From a virus (lineage: Duplodnaviria > Caudoviricetes): a stretch of 38,182 bases of DNA. The notes beneath the pieces are model-generated. The model saw only the letters and a list, made by a program, of their open reading frames with translations. It had not been told where the DNA came from and searched no databases. The stretch lies in IMG/VR virus record IMGVR_UViG_3300032373_000049, positions 1 through 38,182 of that record. One strand, written 5' to 3'. Shown piece by piece: positions 25,304-34,631 of the stretch (position 1 is the first letter of the stretch; every line of letters begins with the position of its first letter). A program made the position numbers and the translations under genes.

Positions 25304-25962
25304 TACCAATCAACCGCCTTGAACTTGCGATAAATCGCTCTCGTTGCCGCAACGTCTGAAACGCAATAATCGGCAATCCGCTGGTGTTCGCCGTTCGCCC
25401 ATGCATCAGCCACCATAGAGCCGTCAAAGCCATCCTTACCCGCCAATCCTAGCGCTGCGGACAGGTTGTCCATACTGATAGAGCCGCGCGCACCGGCCCA
25501 TGCGATCATTGTGTCAAACAGCGTGCGATCCCACGGCTTAGGGTCACGCGGAATTTCGCGCGGTATTTTGACGCCCAAGACAACGGCGCGGCACAGAATA
25601 AAGCGAATGTCGAAACCGCCGATGCAATGACCGATGAACGTATAGTTGTGAGCCGCCCGAATGCTGGCGAAGAACGCGCGCAAAACGTCCGCTTCTTGAT
25701 CAATGGTTTCGGCGTGGGCAACCATGGGTTCATCGTCGTCAATCGCCCACGCAATCGTGCAGATGTGGCCTTGCGCCGGGTCAAAGCTGGTTTTGGCAAT
25801 AGCCTCAAGCGCCGCTTTTTCTCGGTTTTCGGCAAACCATGCGTCAATGCTTTCTTGCTTTTTCAGGTTTCCGGGTGGCTTTACGCCTTCGCGCGCGCGG
25901 TCAAGGGCCGTTTCGCTTTGCGCCGGGATTGTTTCAATATCGATTACGCATTCATATTGCAT
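25303..25962 (-). CDS. DnaQ/PolB-like 3'-5' exonuclease
   Basis: DIET, GHC..GFD, DTM and YC.SDV DEDDy motifs; GAGGAGG RBS. Confidence 0.85.
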   Translation of the reverse strand: MQYECVIDIETIPAQSETALDRAREGVKPPGNLKKQESIDAWFAENREKAALEAIAKTSFDPAQGHICTIAWAIDDDEPMVAHAETIDQEADVLRAFFASIRAAHNYTFIGHCIGGFDIRFILCRAVVLGVKIPREIPRDPKPWDRTLFDTMIAWAGARGSISMDNLSAALGLAGKDGFDGSMVADAWANGEHQRIADYCVSDVAATRAIYRKFKAVDW

Positions 25963-25974
25963 GATTTATCCTCC

Positions 25975-26580
25975 TCAATGTGGAATTTCGTCGCTGTCAA
26001 CTTCGTCCATAGCCCTTGCTTGGGTTGTGGCCTTCTCAATAAAATCCTTTCGATCCTCTTTCGCCCTCACCACATCGGCATGGCGCTTCATTGCGGTTGG
26101 CAAATTCATCCAGTTTTGCCTTAGTTCGTCCAGCGTATCGGCGGTGTGCATGTATGCCACGGCATTTTCCACAGCGTCAGGGTCAACCTCCTGCGGCTTT
26201 TTTGCTGCGGCATTTCCGTCATCATCATCTGGCGCAATGCCGGTTAGGCTCTCGATACCAATGCGCTTGGCGTAGGTTGTCGCTGATTTCATGCCTTGCA
26301 TATCGTTTTTTGAAACAAGCAGCGGCACATCGCACTCGATGCTAGTGCCGGTCTCGCCGTGTGTTAGCGTGGTGCGCATTTCACGGCCCAGATCGGTTGT
26401 GACAATGCTGTGCCAAACCGCGATGCCGTTGGCGTTCAGCGGCGGCAATGCGACCGACATAACGTCGCTTAGGTCCGCATATTTGGTTTTGAAGTGCTGG
26501 TTTGTTGCGCCCTTCACGACCGCGCCCATTTCAGATTGCGCCTTTGCCAGCGCGGTGTAAATGTTTGGACTGTTCGCCAT
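25975..26580 (-). CDS. erf: ERF-family single-strand annealing recombinase
   Basis: NQHFKTKYADL, QGMKSATTYAKR and GIAPDDDDGN motifs. Confidence 0.9.
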   Translation of the reverse strand: MANSPNIYTALAKAQSEMGAVVKGATNQHFKTKYADLSDVMSVALPPLNANGIAVWHSIVTTDLGREMRTTLTHGETGTSIECDVPLLVSKNDMQGMKSATTYAKRIGIESLTGIAPDDDDGNAAAKKPQEVDPDAVENAVAYMHTADTLDELRQNWMNLPTAMKRHADVVRAKEDRKDFIEKATTQARAMDEVDSDEIPH

Positions 26581-26608
26581 TTTTCTATCCTCTGATCAAT
26601 TCCACCTA

Positions 26609-26640
26609 TTGACCATAAGCCGCCTATCGCGTATCGTCAA
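26609..26640. promoter_or_regulatory. Fully overlapping divergent sigma70-type promoter pair
   Basis: + strand TTGACC-17-TATCGT (26609-26637); - strand TTGACG-17-TATGGT (26640-26612). Confidence 0.7.
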
Positions 26641-26673
26641 GCCACATTCTTAACGCTCATGGAGGTTTATACA

Positions 26674-26823
26674 ATGGCGGATGGCGGCGAAATCAGGGTT
26701 CGAGTAACCGGCGATGAATTGGCGGAAATTCGGGACGCGACAAAGCAAAGCGGCCTGCGGTATCCGGCGGAATTTATGCGCATGGTGGTGTTGCGCGAGG
26801 CGCGGCTGGTGGCGAGCAAATGA
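26674..26823 (+). CDS. 49-aa ribbon-helix-helix (CopG/MobC-like) regulator (not in ORF track)
   Basis: GGAGG RBS; EIRVRVTGDELAEIRDATKQSGLRYPAEFMRMVVL RHH pattern. Confidence 0.75.
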   Translation: MADGGEIRVRVTGDELAEIRDATKQSGLRYPAEFMRMVVLREARLVASK

Positions 26824-26824
26824 C

Positions 26825-27118
26825 ATGCCGTGCGCAATCTGCAAAGGAACGCTTGCGCCGTTCGGCTTTGCAGACCCTAGCAGAATCGAGCCATTCAGGG
26901 CGAGCGCCTGTGTCGAACACCGGGCCGAAATCCAGCGCAGGTGGCTGCAATGGTGCCACGACAACGACCGCCGGGTCTTGCTGTCAGAAGCCAGATGCGC
27001 GGAAAACCGTGACTGGGTTCCTGTTGGCGGCGCGGGCGAAAAGCGCGACGAACAAAAGCCTTCGCGGGGTGTTCCTGCGGACGCATCAAGCACTGATGGG
27101 CAAGGGGTTTTGATATGA
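26825..27118 (+). CDS. Small Zn-binding hypothetical protein
   Basis: MPCAICK...APFGF...ACVEH pattern; ATGA coupling to next gene. Confidence 0.6.
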   Translation: MPCAICKGTLAPFGFADPSRIEPFRASACVEHRAEIQRRWLQWCHDNDRRVLLSEARCAENRDWVPVGGAGEKRDEQKPSRGVPADASSTDGQGVLI

Positions 27119-27354
27119 CCAAATCAGCAGAAACAGCAACACAGGCCAGCATCAACGCAGCGCTTGACGAGGTATTTCTCGCCATCAAGGCCGTGACATG
27201 GCGCGGCGCGGTAATCTATCGCTTGTCGCGTGGCTACAGTGACGAGGATATCGCGCGGCAACTCAATTGCAACGTGGAGGATGTGCGGTTTCTTGTTCGG
27301 GCATTGGATGCGCACGGGAAGCTGGATGATATCTATGAGGGGGCGTTCGCATGA
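27115..27354 (+). CDS. HTH protein
   Basis: GYSDEDIARQLNCNVEDVR HTH pattern. Confidence 0.65.
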   Translation: MTKSAETATQASINAALDEVFLAIKAVTWRGAVIYRLSRGYSDEDIARQLNCNVEDVRFLVRALDAHGKLDDIYEGAFA

Positions 27355-27653
27355 GGCGCGCGGCTAAAGTTGACGGCAATCAAGCCGCCATCGTTTCCGC
27401 ATTGCGACAGGTTGGCGCGACTGTCACGCCATGCCACGGCGTGGGCGAGGGCTTCCCCGATTTATGCGTTGGCTGGTCTGGTGGAACGTTTTTGCTGGAA
27501 GTCAAAGACCCGTCGCAGCCCATATCCGCGCAGGCACTTACGCCACCGCAAGTCAAGTGGCACAACAATTGGCGCGGACATGCGCGCGTTGTGCGGACTG
27601 TGAAAGAGGCCTTAGAGGCCGTTGGAATTCAATACAGAGGAAGGATCGGGTAG
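27351..27653 (+). CDS. VRR-NUC-like PD-(D/E)XK nuclease (possible Holliday junction resolvase)
   Basis: RRAAKVDGNQAAIV...GFPDL...LLEVKD...LTPPQ motif. Confidence 0.85.
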   Translation: MRRAAKVDGNQAAIVSALRQVGATVTPCHGVGEGFPDLCVGWSGGTFLLEVKDPSQPISAQALTPPQVKWHNNWRGHARVVRTVKEALEAVGIQYRGRIG

Positions 27654-27657
27654 ACAA

Positions 27658-27948
27658 ATGGGAAGCACTGAAATGAACGAGGCATGGACCCACGGCGCGA
27701 CATTAGCGCTAACCTTTGGCTGCGGGTTGAGGTTCACCTGCGCCAAAGTGACAGCTGGTAGCAGCTTATCAAGCGATGAACAGGAATTCATCGGCATTTA
27801 TCCAGAAAGATATCAAGGAATGGGGGGCGGTTGGATTGGAGCAACTAGCGACGGCGCGCCCGCGTTTGATCTGCCTGTGGATGATGAAGGGCAGGCAGAG
27901 GATATTGTCGCAGCGTTTAACTATTTCGCTCTTGAGGGGGTGGTATAA
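27658..27948 (+). CDS. Hypothetical protein
   Basis: Fills the gap before ssb, stop overlaps ssb start; start codon uncertain. Confidence 0.5.
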   Translation: MGSTEMNEAWTHGATLALTFGCGLRFTCAKVTAGSSLSSDEQEFIGIYPERYQGMGGGWIGATSDGAPAFDLPVDDEGQAEDIVAAFNYFALEGVV

Positions 27949-28409
27949 TGGCCGGGTCAATCAACAAAGTCATCATCGTCGGGAATCTGGGCCGCGACCC
28001 GGAGGTGCGCAACTTCCCGAACGGCGGCAAGGTCGTCAACCTTCGTATCGCCACAAGCGAAAGCTGGAAAGACAAGTCATCTGGCGACCGCAAAGAGCGC
28101 ACCGAGTGGCACAGCGTGGCTATTTTTTCAGAGCCGGTTGCCCGCATAGCTGAGCAATACCTGCGCAAAGGATCCAAGGTCTATATCGAGGGCCAGCTGG
28201 AAACCCGCAAGTGGCAAGATCAAAGCGGCGCTGATCGGTATTCAACTGAGATTGTATTGCGCCCATACAGCGGCAACCTGACGCTGCTTGATGGTCCGGG
28301 CGGCGGATATGAACGGCAGGGCAACAATGACGGCGCTGGGCAGTCTGGCGGTTACGGCTCTGGCGGGCGTCCTGGCGGAGATATGGACGGGGACTCTATA
28401 CCGTTCTAA
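27948..28409 (+). CDS. ssb: Single-stranded DNA-binding protein
   Basis: [21 protein letters not shown]...ERTEWH...acidic IPF C-terminus. Confidence 0.97.
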   Translation: MAGSINKVIIVGNLGRDPEVRNFPNGGKVVNLRIATSESWKDKSSGDRKERTEWHSVAIFSEPVARIAEQYLRKGSKVYIEGQLETRKWQDQSGADRYSTEIVLRPYSGNLTLLDGPGGGYERQGNNDGAGQSGGYGSGGRPGGDMDGDSIPF

Positions 28410-28410
28410 G

Positions 28411-28453
28411 GCAATCAAAAACCCCGGCCAACTTAATGACCGGGGTTGATTGC
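28411..28453 (-). terminator. Hairpin with T-run on the minus strand (antisense-oriented or bidirectional terminator)
   Basis: AACCCCGGCCA-ACTTAA-TGACCGGGGTT with AAAAA on its left. Confidence 0.6.
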
Positions 28454-28551
28454 AAGCTGGTTAGGCTGTACGGTGACGATATCCAAACGCAGGGACAACG
28501 TAACGCATTGTGGTGATGCACGCAATCCCTGCCCAAGACAAAGGGCTAAAA

Positions 28552-28844
28552 ATGGCTGAAAATCTGCCAATACTTTACCAAAATATTATGTTTGGCCTGC
28601 CTTCTAAGTTGGCGTGCGATGCGTTCCTGTGGGCTGTCGAGCGCCCTGATGAGGATCGCATGTGCTATAGGGCCGAAGCGTTCGCCAGAGACGTTCATGG
28701 GCTTGCCGAGCGGTTGCGGCCCATGCTTGACGCATCAGCGCGCATTCATGGCCTTAGCGCCCATGACCCGGACCTGATGCAATTCATCTTAACGAGGCAC
28801 GCGAATATGCGTTTCGGTGGGAACACCAAGATCGGATACGCCGC

Positions 28845-28848
<4 letters not shown>
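28552..28848 (+). CDS. Hypothetical protein preceding replication initiator
   Basis: ATGA coupling to DUF1376 gene; start uncertain. Confidence 0.55.
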
Positions 28849-29717
<869 letters not shown>

Positions 29718-30122
29718 GCTTTCTGTGCCAGCGGATCCGGCATGGACAATGGTTCGTATCGCCGCGCTGCTGGAGCCATTCTACGACAAGGGCACGCAGC
29801 AAATCGTCAAGCAGATGGACGCTGAGGATTGGGCCGATGCGCTTTCGAAATATCCGCGATGGGCGATCCAAAACGCCGCCCGATGGTGGAAAGGCGAGGA
29901 CAATGACAGCCGCCGCAAGCGCCCGTTGGAAGGTGACATTGCCGCCCGGTGCCGTTTGGAGATGGACGCGATCTATGCCGCCGAACGTATTCTAAGCAAG
30001 CCGCCCGTTGTGGATGAACCAACGCCGCCGCGTGATGTCGCGCCAGATGACGTTGAAACCCGCCGCGCAATCGCCGCGCGCGTCATGGCGTCATACAGGA
30101 CAGGCAATAGAGGTGCCGCAGA

Positions 30123-30359
30123 ATGACCCGCTACGCAAGAATACCGCCATTCAAGGCGGGCGGCATAGCCTATCGAGCAGGCGTCCCGCAGAGCGGAAAC
30201 CCGTTCGACCGGTCAGAGCCATTCAGCCCTGACGATTACCCCGGCAGACATGCGGATTGGCGCGGCGGATGGATGACCGCGAAATACACGGACGAACACA
30301 AACGGAGGAATGAACATGGAAAAAATCAAACACACAATCCAAACGTATGGCAGCAATAG
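30123..30359 (+). CDS. Small hypothetical protein (Rmf-like G..A...G.....NP...W..GW pattern)
   Basis: GAGG RBS, ATGA coupling, motif pattern. Confidence 0.5.
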   Translation: MTRYARIPPFKAGGIAYRAGVPQSGNPFDRSEPFSPDDYPGRHADWRGGWMTAKYTDEHKRRNEHGKNQTHNPNVWQQ

Positions 30360-30522
30360 CAGTGTCGGTGGCGGCGAAGCATATATCACGCTGGCCGGTT
30401 GCAAATTCGACATTGACGATAGGGCCGCAACAGCGCCGCGTTCAGCGCCCATTCGTGGCAAGCGTGATTGGAGGCACGACACGGTATTGAGGCACGCCGC
30501 AAAGCGGAGGGATAGGGGATGA
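30310..30522 (+). CDS. Hypothetical protein
   Basis: GGAGG RBS; ATGA coupling to MTase. Confidence 0.5.
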   Translation: MNMEKIKHTIQTYGSNSSVGGGEAYITLAGCKFDIDDRAATAPRSAPIRGKRDWRHDTVLRHAAKRRDRG

Positions 30523-31421
30523 AACTTCGCGTCCTCGATCTGTTCAGCGGCATCGGCGGCTTCAGTCTCGGCCTTGAACGCACTGGCGGGTTTGAGACGG
30601 TCGCTTTTTGTGAGTTTGCAGAATTCCCGCGCAAAGTGCTGGCAAAACATTGGCCTGATGTGCCAATATTTAATGACGTGCGGACCTTGAAAGGATCGGA
30701 CATTGACGGGCCAATTGACGTTGTTTGCGGCGGATATCCATGCCAACCTTTCTCCACTGCCGGGCAGCGCAGGGGCGAGGAAGATGACCGCCATCTCTGG
30801 CCGGAATTTAATCGGATCGTGGCTGAACTCAGGCCCGCTTGGGTCATTGGAGAGAATGTTACTGGGCATATCAGCATGGGCCTCGACAACGTGCTTTCTG
30901 ACCTGGAAGGACAAGGTTACGCCTGCCGGACGTTTGTTATTCCATCTTGCGCCGTCAACGCCCCGCACAGAAGAGAGCGTGTCTGGACTGTGGCCCACTC
31001 CGAGATCAAGCGCAGCAATGAGCGAGGCGTCACAAAATCAATCAGGGAGGAAATACAAGGGAAAATTAGAGCAAGCGGTCGCCATGTGGCCCACTCCGAC
31101 GACGCGCGATTACAAAGGGGGCAGGAAGCTGGAAACACTAAATGCATCGGGGCGCGGCGCAACGAACAGTCTAAACGATGCGGTGACACTCCGAGATCAG
31201 CACGGCGCACTGAATCCGCAATGGGTGGAATGGCTGATGGGATTTCCGCCGGGATGGACGGACATTGCAGATGGCCAGACGAACCGGACATCGGACGAGT
31301 AGCCAGCGGCGTAAAGGATCGCGCGCACCGCCTAAAGGCGCTGGGAAATGCTGTAGTGCCGCAAATACCAGAAATGATAGGCCGCGCAATTCTGGCGGCA
31401 GAGGAAGGGAATCGGGGATGA
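30519..31421 (+). CDS. C5 cytosine DNA methyltransferase, alpha polypeptide (motifs I-VIII and X)
   Basis: LDLFSGIGG, GGYPCQPFS, ENV, PHRRERVW and RLKALGNAVVP motifs; no motif IX in this frame. Confidence 0.93.
   Translation: MKLRVLDLFSGIGGFSLGLERTGGFETVAFCEFAEFPRKVLAKHWPDVPIFNDVRTLKGSDIDGPIDVVCGGYPCQPFSTAGQRRGEEDDRHLWPEFNRIVAELRPAWVIGENVTGHISMGLDNVLSDLEGQGYACRTFVIPSCAVNAPHRRERVWTVAHSEIKRSNERGVTKSIREEIQGKIRASGRHVAHSDDARLQRGQEAGNTKCIGARRNEQSKRCGDTPRSARRTESAMGGMADGISAGMDGHCRWPDEPDIGRVASGVKDRAHRLKALGNAVVPQIPEMIGRAILAAEEGNRG
30703..31302 (+). CDS. Nested +1-frame beta polypeptide of the C5 methyltransferase (TRD-like region and motif IX)
   Basis: AAGGA RBS 7 nt before TTG; two WPTP repeats; LNPQWVEWLMGFPPGWT motif IX. 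Confidence 0.75.
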   Translation: MTGQLTLFAADIHANLSPLPGSAGARKMTAISGRNLIGSWLNSGPLGSLERMLLGISAWASTTCFLTWKDKVTPAGRLLFHLAPSTPRTEESVSGLWPTPRSSAAMSEASQNQSGRKYKGKLEQAVAMWPTPTTRDYKGGRKLETLNASGRGATNSLNDAVTLRDQHGALNPQWVEWLMGFPPGWTDIADGQTNRTSDE

Positions 31422-31741
31422 CATACGAAGAAGCAGACGATGCATATCTAGCCGCGTGGCAGGTTGATGTGGCCAGCGCGAAGCCGCTAGATGAGCGGAA
31501 AATCAAGATCCTGGAATTGATTGTTGACGGGCCGCAAACCATCAGCCAGATCTTGGTGCACTATCCGCCAGGATCCTATCGTGGCGTTTATACGCGGCTG
31601 CAGTCAATGGTGGCGGTGAAACCGGCCATCGTTGTACATGAGGTTGTCGCGCGGCACGGCAAAGGCCCTCAGCAGCAGGGGCGTTATCGAATTACAGCGG
31701 TCGGCATGGCCAAACTGGAAAATCATGAGGTGATGGAATGA
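31418..31741 (+). CDS. Winged-helix DNA-binding protein
   Basis: KILELIVDGPQTISQI...YRITAVG pattern; ATGA couplings. Confidence 0.6.
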   Translation: MTYEEADDAYLAAWQVDVASAKPLDERKIKILELIVDGPQTISQILVHYPPGSYRGVYTRLQSMVAVKPAIVVHEVVARHGKGPQQQGRYRITAVGMAKLENHEVME

Positions 31742-32460
31742 TCAGGCCGTGGAGGCGTAAAGAGGTTATCGGTGGGCAGACGCTTTATCTGGGCGATTGC
31801 ATGGAAGTTATGCCAGTGCTGGGTAGGTTTGATGCGGTGGTAACTGACCCCCCGTATGGGATTGGCGAGGGCGCGCTGAAAACCAGAACCCGGCAGCGTT
31901 CGGCCAAATCTAAGGCGCTTGCAGACCAGAGAAAATATGTTGGGGCAGAGTGGGATGACTCACCAGCTACAGCATCACATATTGCGGCGATGATAGGGAT
32001 ATCAAAACATCAGATCATTTTTGGAGGCAACTATTTTGAAGGTCTAGGGCCGACAACGTGCTGGCTTGTATGGGATAAGCAAAACGGGTCAAATGATTTT
32101 GCTGACTGCGAATTGGCGTGGACAAACATGCAGAAGGCTGTGAGGCGTATTTGTTGGCGATGGAACGGCATGATACGCAAAGGTGACGACGTGAGAGAAC
32201 ACCCGACACAAAAACCGCTTGGCGTTATGAAGTGGTGTATCGAGCACTTGCCAAAAGACGCCAAGACCATCCTTGACCCGTTCATGGGTTCCGGCACAAC
32301 CCTAGTCGCGTGCCAGCGTCTAGGTCGCAGCGGCGTTGGCATCGAACTGGACCCGGACTATTTCCAGATCGCCTGCGACCGCGTGCAGAAAGCCGTGGAT
32401 CAGCCAGACCTATTCATTGAAACGCCAACCGCCGCAGCAACGCAGGAAACACTGATATGA
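31738..32460 (+). CDS. N6-adenine/N4-cytosine DNA methyltransferase (beta class)
   Basis: LYLGDC, TDPPY, HPTQKP and DPFMGSGTT motifs. Confidence 0.93.
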   Translation: MIRPWRRKEVIGGQTLYLGDCMEVMPVLGRFDAVVTDPPYGIGEGALKTRTRQRSAKSKALADQRKYVGAEWDDSPATASHIAAMIGISKHQIIFGGNYFEGLGPTTCWLVWDKQNGSNDFADCELAWTNMQKAVRRICWRWNGMIRKGDDVREHPTQKPLGVMKWCIEHLPKDAKTILDPFMGSGTTLVACQRLGRSGVGIELDPDYFQIACDRVQKAVDQPDLFIETPTAAATQETLI

Positions 32461-33017
32461 TCGACAATGATGTAAACCGCTGGCACAACAACCCGGATGC
32501 GCGGCTGCGCAATTGCGGGGACACAATCCGCGCGCACCAGAACCGGGTACGCGGGCTATGCCAAGACATCGCCGGACGCATCGGGCGTGTGCTGGCGGGG
32601 AGCGATCTGCTTTATGCAGCGCGATACCACGACGCCGCAGAAGCCGTCATGGGCGATTGGCCGGGGCCTTACAGCGAAATTCCAGAAGTAGCCGCATTCA
32701 AAAAGGATCAAGAGGCGAAAATCCTCGCGTCAATGGGCCACGAATGGACGCTGACTGAGGTGGAGCAAAGCATCCTATGGCTCTGCGATAAACTGGATGC
32801 GTGGATGGTGGCCGATGCCGTGGCAACAACCGGAACGCGCGAATGGGAAACCACTGCGCTAAGGATGGAACGCAAGGCCTACGAGATCGGCGGCGCTGCA
32901 CCTGATTGGCTGATGAACAAGCTGTTTGGGCCGCGCCTGACGTTGGAAGAGGTCAAGGGTGCTGCATTCGCGGCGCGGGGTGAAGAATTGCCTCTTGGTG
33001 CGTTGGAGGTTATTTGA
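32457..33017 (+). CDS. HD-domain phosphohydrolase (YfbR-like)
   Basis: RWH, H...HDAAE...GD and CDKLDA motifs. Confidence 0.8.
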   Translation: MIDNDVNRWHNNPDARLRNCGDTIRAHQNRVRGLCQDIAGRIGRVLAGSDLLYAARYHDAAEAVMGDWPGPYSEIPEVAAFKKDQEAKILASMGHEWTLTEVEQSILWLCDKLDAWMVADAVATTGTREWETTALRMERKAYEIGGAAPDWLMNKLFGPRLTLEEVKGAAFAARGEELPLGALEVI

Positions 33018-33057
33018 TGCAGTGGAAACCCATAATGAAACATGCTAGGGTTGATGG

Positions 33058-34278
33058 ATGAAAGACCTTCCCGCCTATAAAACCGTAAATGTGGCCGAAT
33101 TGGTGCCGTATGCCCGGAACAGCCGGACGCATTCTGCCGCACAGGTTGACAAGATTGCGGCCAGCATTCGTGAATTCGGTTTCTTGAATCCGGTTATTAC
33201 AGACGGCAACAATGGCATCGTTGCGGGGCATGGCCGCGTCTTGGCTGCACAGAAGCTTGGCTTGAGCGTCCTGCCCGCGATTGACGCGGAACACCTAACG
33301 GACGCCCAGCGCCGTGCGTATGTCATCGCAGACAACCGCCTTGCGCTTGACGCCGGGTGGGATGGCGAAATGCTCAAGGTCGAGTTGCAGGACTTGGAGT
33401 CGGTTGACTTTGACCTGTCATTGACGGGCTTTGACCCTGACGAGATTGGCGCGCTGCTTGCGGATGAGCCGACAACTGGCCTGACGGATGAAGATGCCGT
33501 GCCGGAAGTCCCTGCGGTTCCCGTGACGGTTGAGGGTGACGTGTGGCTGCTGGGACGGCATCGGCTGATGTGCGGGGATAGCACCAGCATATATGCGGTG
33601 GACAAGCTGATGGATGGGGTTAAGGCTGATGTTTTGTTTACTGACCCACCTTATGGAATTGACTTTGCCCCGCAGCGCGGGACGCATGACAAGATTTTGA
33701 ATGATGCGCTTGAAGGCGAAGATTTTGATGAATTTCTTGACGCGGTGTTCACCTGTGCCTTGGCTTCCATGAAGCCAGATACTTATGCTTTTGTTTGGAC
33801 AGGTTGGTCAAAGTTAGGAGCATTCGAGAGAGCAATTCAGAGGTTGTTCAAGATTCAGGCCATGCACATTTGGGTCAAAAACAATTTTGGCATCGGTTAC
33901 TACTCAAGACCTAAGCATGAGCCGTTTTATCTCTGCCTGAACGGGAAGCCTGTTTATCCATCGATGGCACCTGCGGATGTATGGGAAGCCAAAAAGGTTC
34001 ATAAGACTATACACAGTTGCGAAAAGCCCGTTGATTTGATCGTTGATATTTTGGACGCCTATCATAAGAACAGCGTCGTTCTTGACCTATTCGGCGGATC
34101 AGGATCCACCTTAATCGCCTGCGAAAAGACGGCCCGCGACTGCCGCATGATGGAACTAGACCAAAAATATTGCGACGTCATCATCAAGCGCTGGCAGGAT
34201 TTCACCGGGCAACAGGCGACACTTGAGAGAGGCGAGGCGTTCGACAGCATTAAAGCGCAGCGCGAGGCACCTGTATGA
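33058..34278 (+). CDS. ParB-N domain plus N6/N4 DNA methyltransferase fusion
   Basis: LVPYARNSRTH, AGHGR and ADNRLA ParB motifs; HRLMCGDS, TDPPY, EKPV and DLFGGSGST motifs. Confidence 0.92.
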   Translation: MKDLPAYKTVNVAELVPYARNSRTHSAAQVDKIAASIREFGFLNPVITDGNNGIVAGHGRVLAAQKLGLSVLPAIDAEHLTDAQRRAYVIADNRLALDAGWDGEMLKVELQDLESVDFDLSLTGFDPDEIGALLADEPTTGLTDEDAVPEVPAVPVTVEGDVWLLGRHRLMCGDSTSIYAVDKLMDGVKADVLFTDPPYGIDFAPQRGTHDKILNDALEGEDFDEFLDAVFTCALASMKPDTYAFVWTGWSKLGAFERAIQRLFKIQAMHIWVKNNFGIGYYSRPKHEPFYLCLNGKPVYPSMAPADVWEAKKVHKTIHSCEKPVDLIVDILDAYHKNSVVLDLFGGSGSTLIACEKTARDCRMMELDQKYCDVIIKRWQDFTGQQATLERGEAFDSIKAQREAPV

Positions 34279-34631
34279 CCAAGGGCAAACTTCACAAGCC
34301 GACAGACGCCCAGCGCCAACTGGTGCAGCTTCATGCTACGATTGGAACACGGCAAGACAATATCGCCAGGATCGTCGGTGTTGATGCCAAGACGTTGCGC
34401 AAGCATTACAGCGATGAACTTGATCTTGGCGCGGATCGGGCAAACGCGACCATCGGTGGCGCACTGTTCAACAAGGCACGCAATGGTGACACGGCTGCGC
34501 AAATTTTCTGGATGAAAACGCGTGCTGGCTGGAGGGAAAAGCAAGAGTTTGACCACACGTCCAGCGATGGAACAATGACCCCGACCGCGATTGAGCGAAC
34601 GATTGTGCTGCCCAATGGCGCTAAGGAGTAA
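34275..34631 (+). CDS. terS: Terminase small subunit
   Basis: HTH (IARIVGVDAKTLRKHY) and A.IFWMKTRAGWRE motif; directly before terL. Confidence 0.8.
   Translation: MTKGKLHKPTDAQRQLVQLHATIGTRQDNIARIVGVDAKTLRKHYSDELDLGADRANATIGGALFNKARNGDTAAQIFWMKTRAGWREKQEFDHTSSDGTMTPTAIERTIVLPNGAKE

Noticed and set aside
30213-30998. 261-aa minus-strand ORF opposite the C5 MTase
   Set aside because: Shadow ORF antisense to a well-supported gene; no motifs or promoter context
32457-33017. DatZ of a 2-aminoadenine (Z-genome) pathway
   Set aside because: No PurZ, MazZ or phage DNA polymerase in a complete genome
33058-33400. ParB domain as evidence of a plasmid-prophage partition system
   Set aside because: It is the ParB-N/MTase fusion commonly found beside terminase genes; no ParA is present
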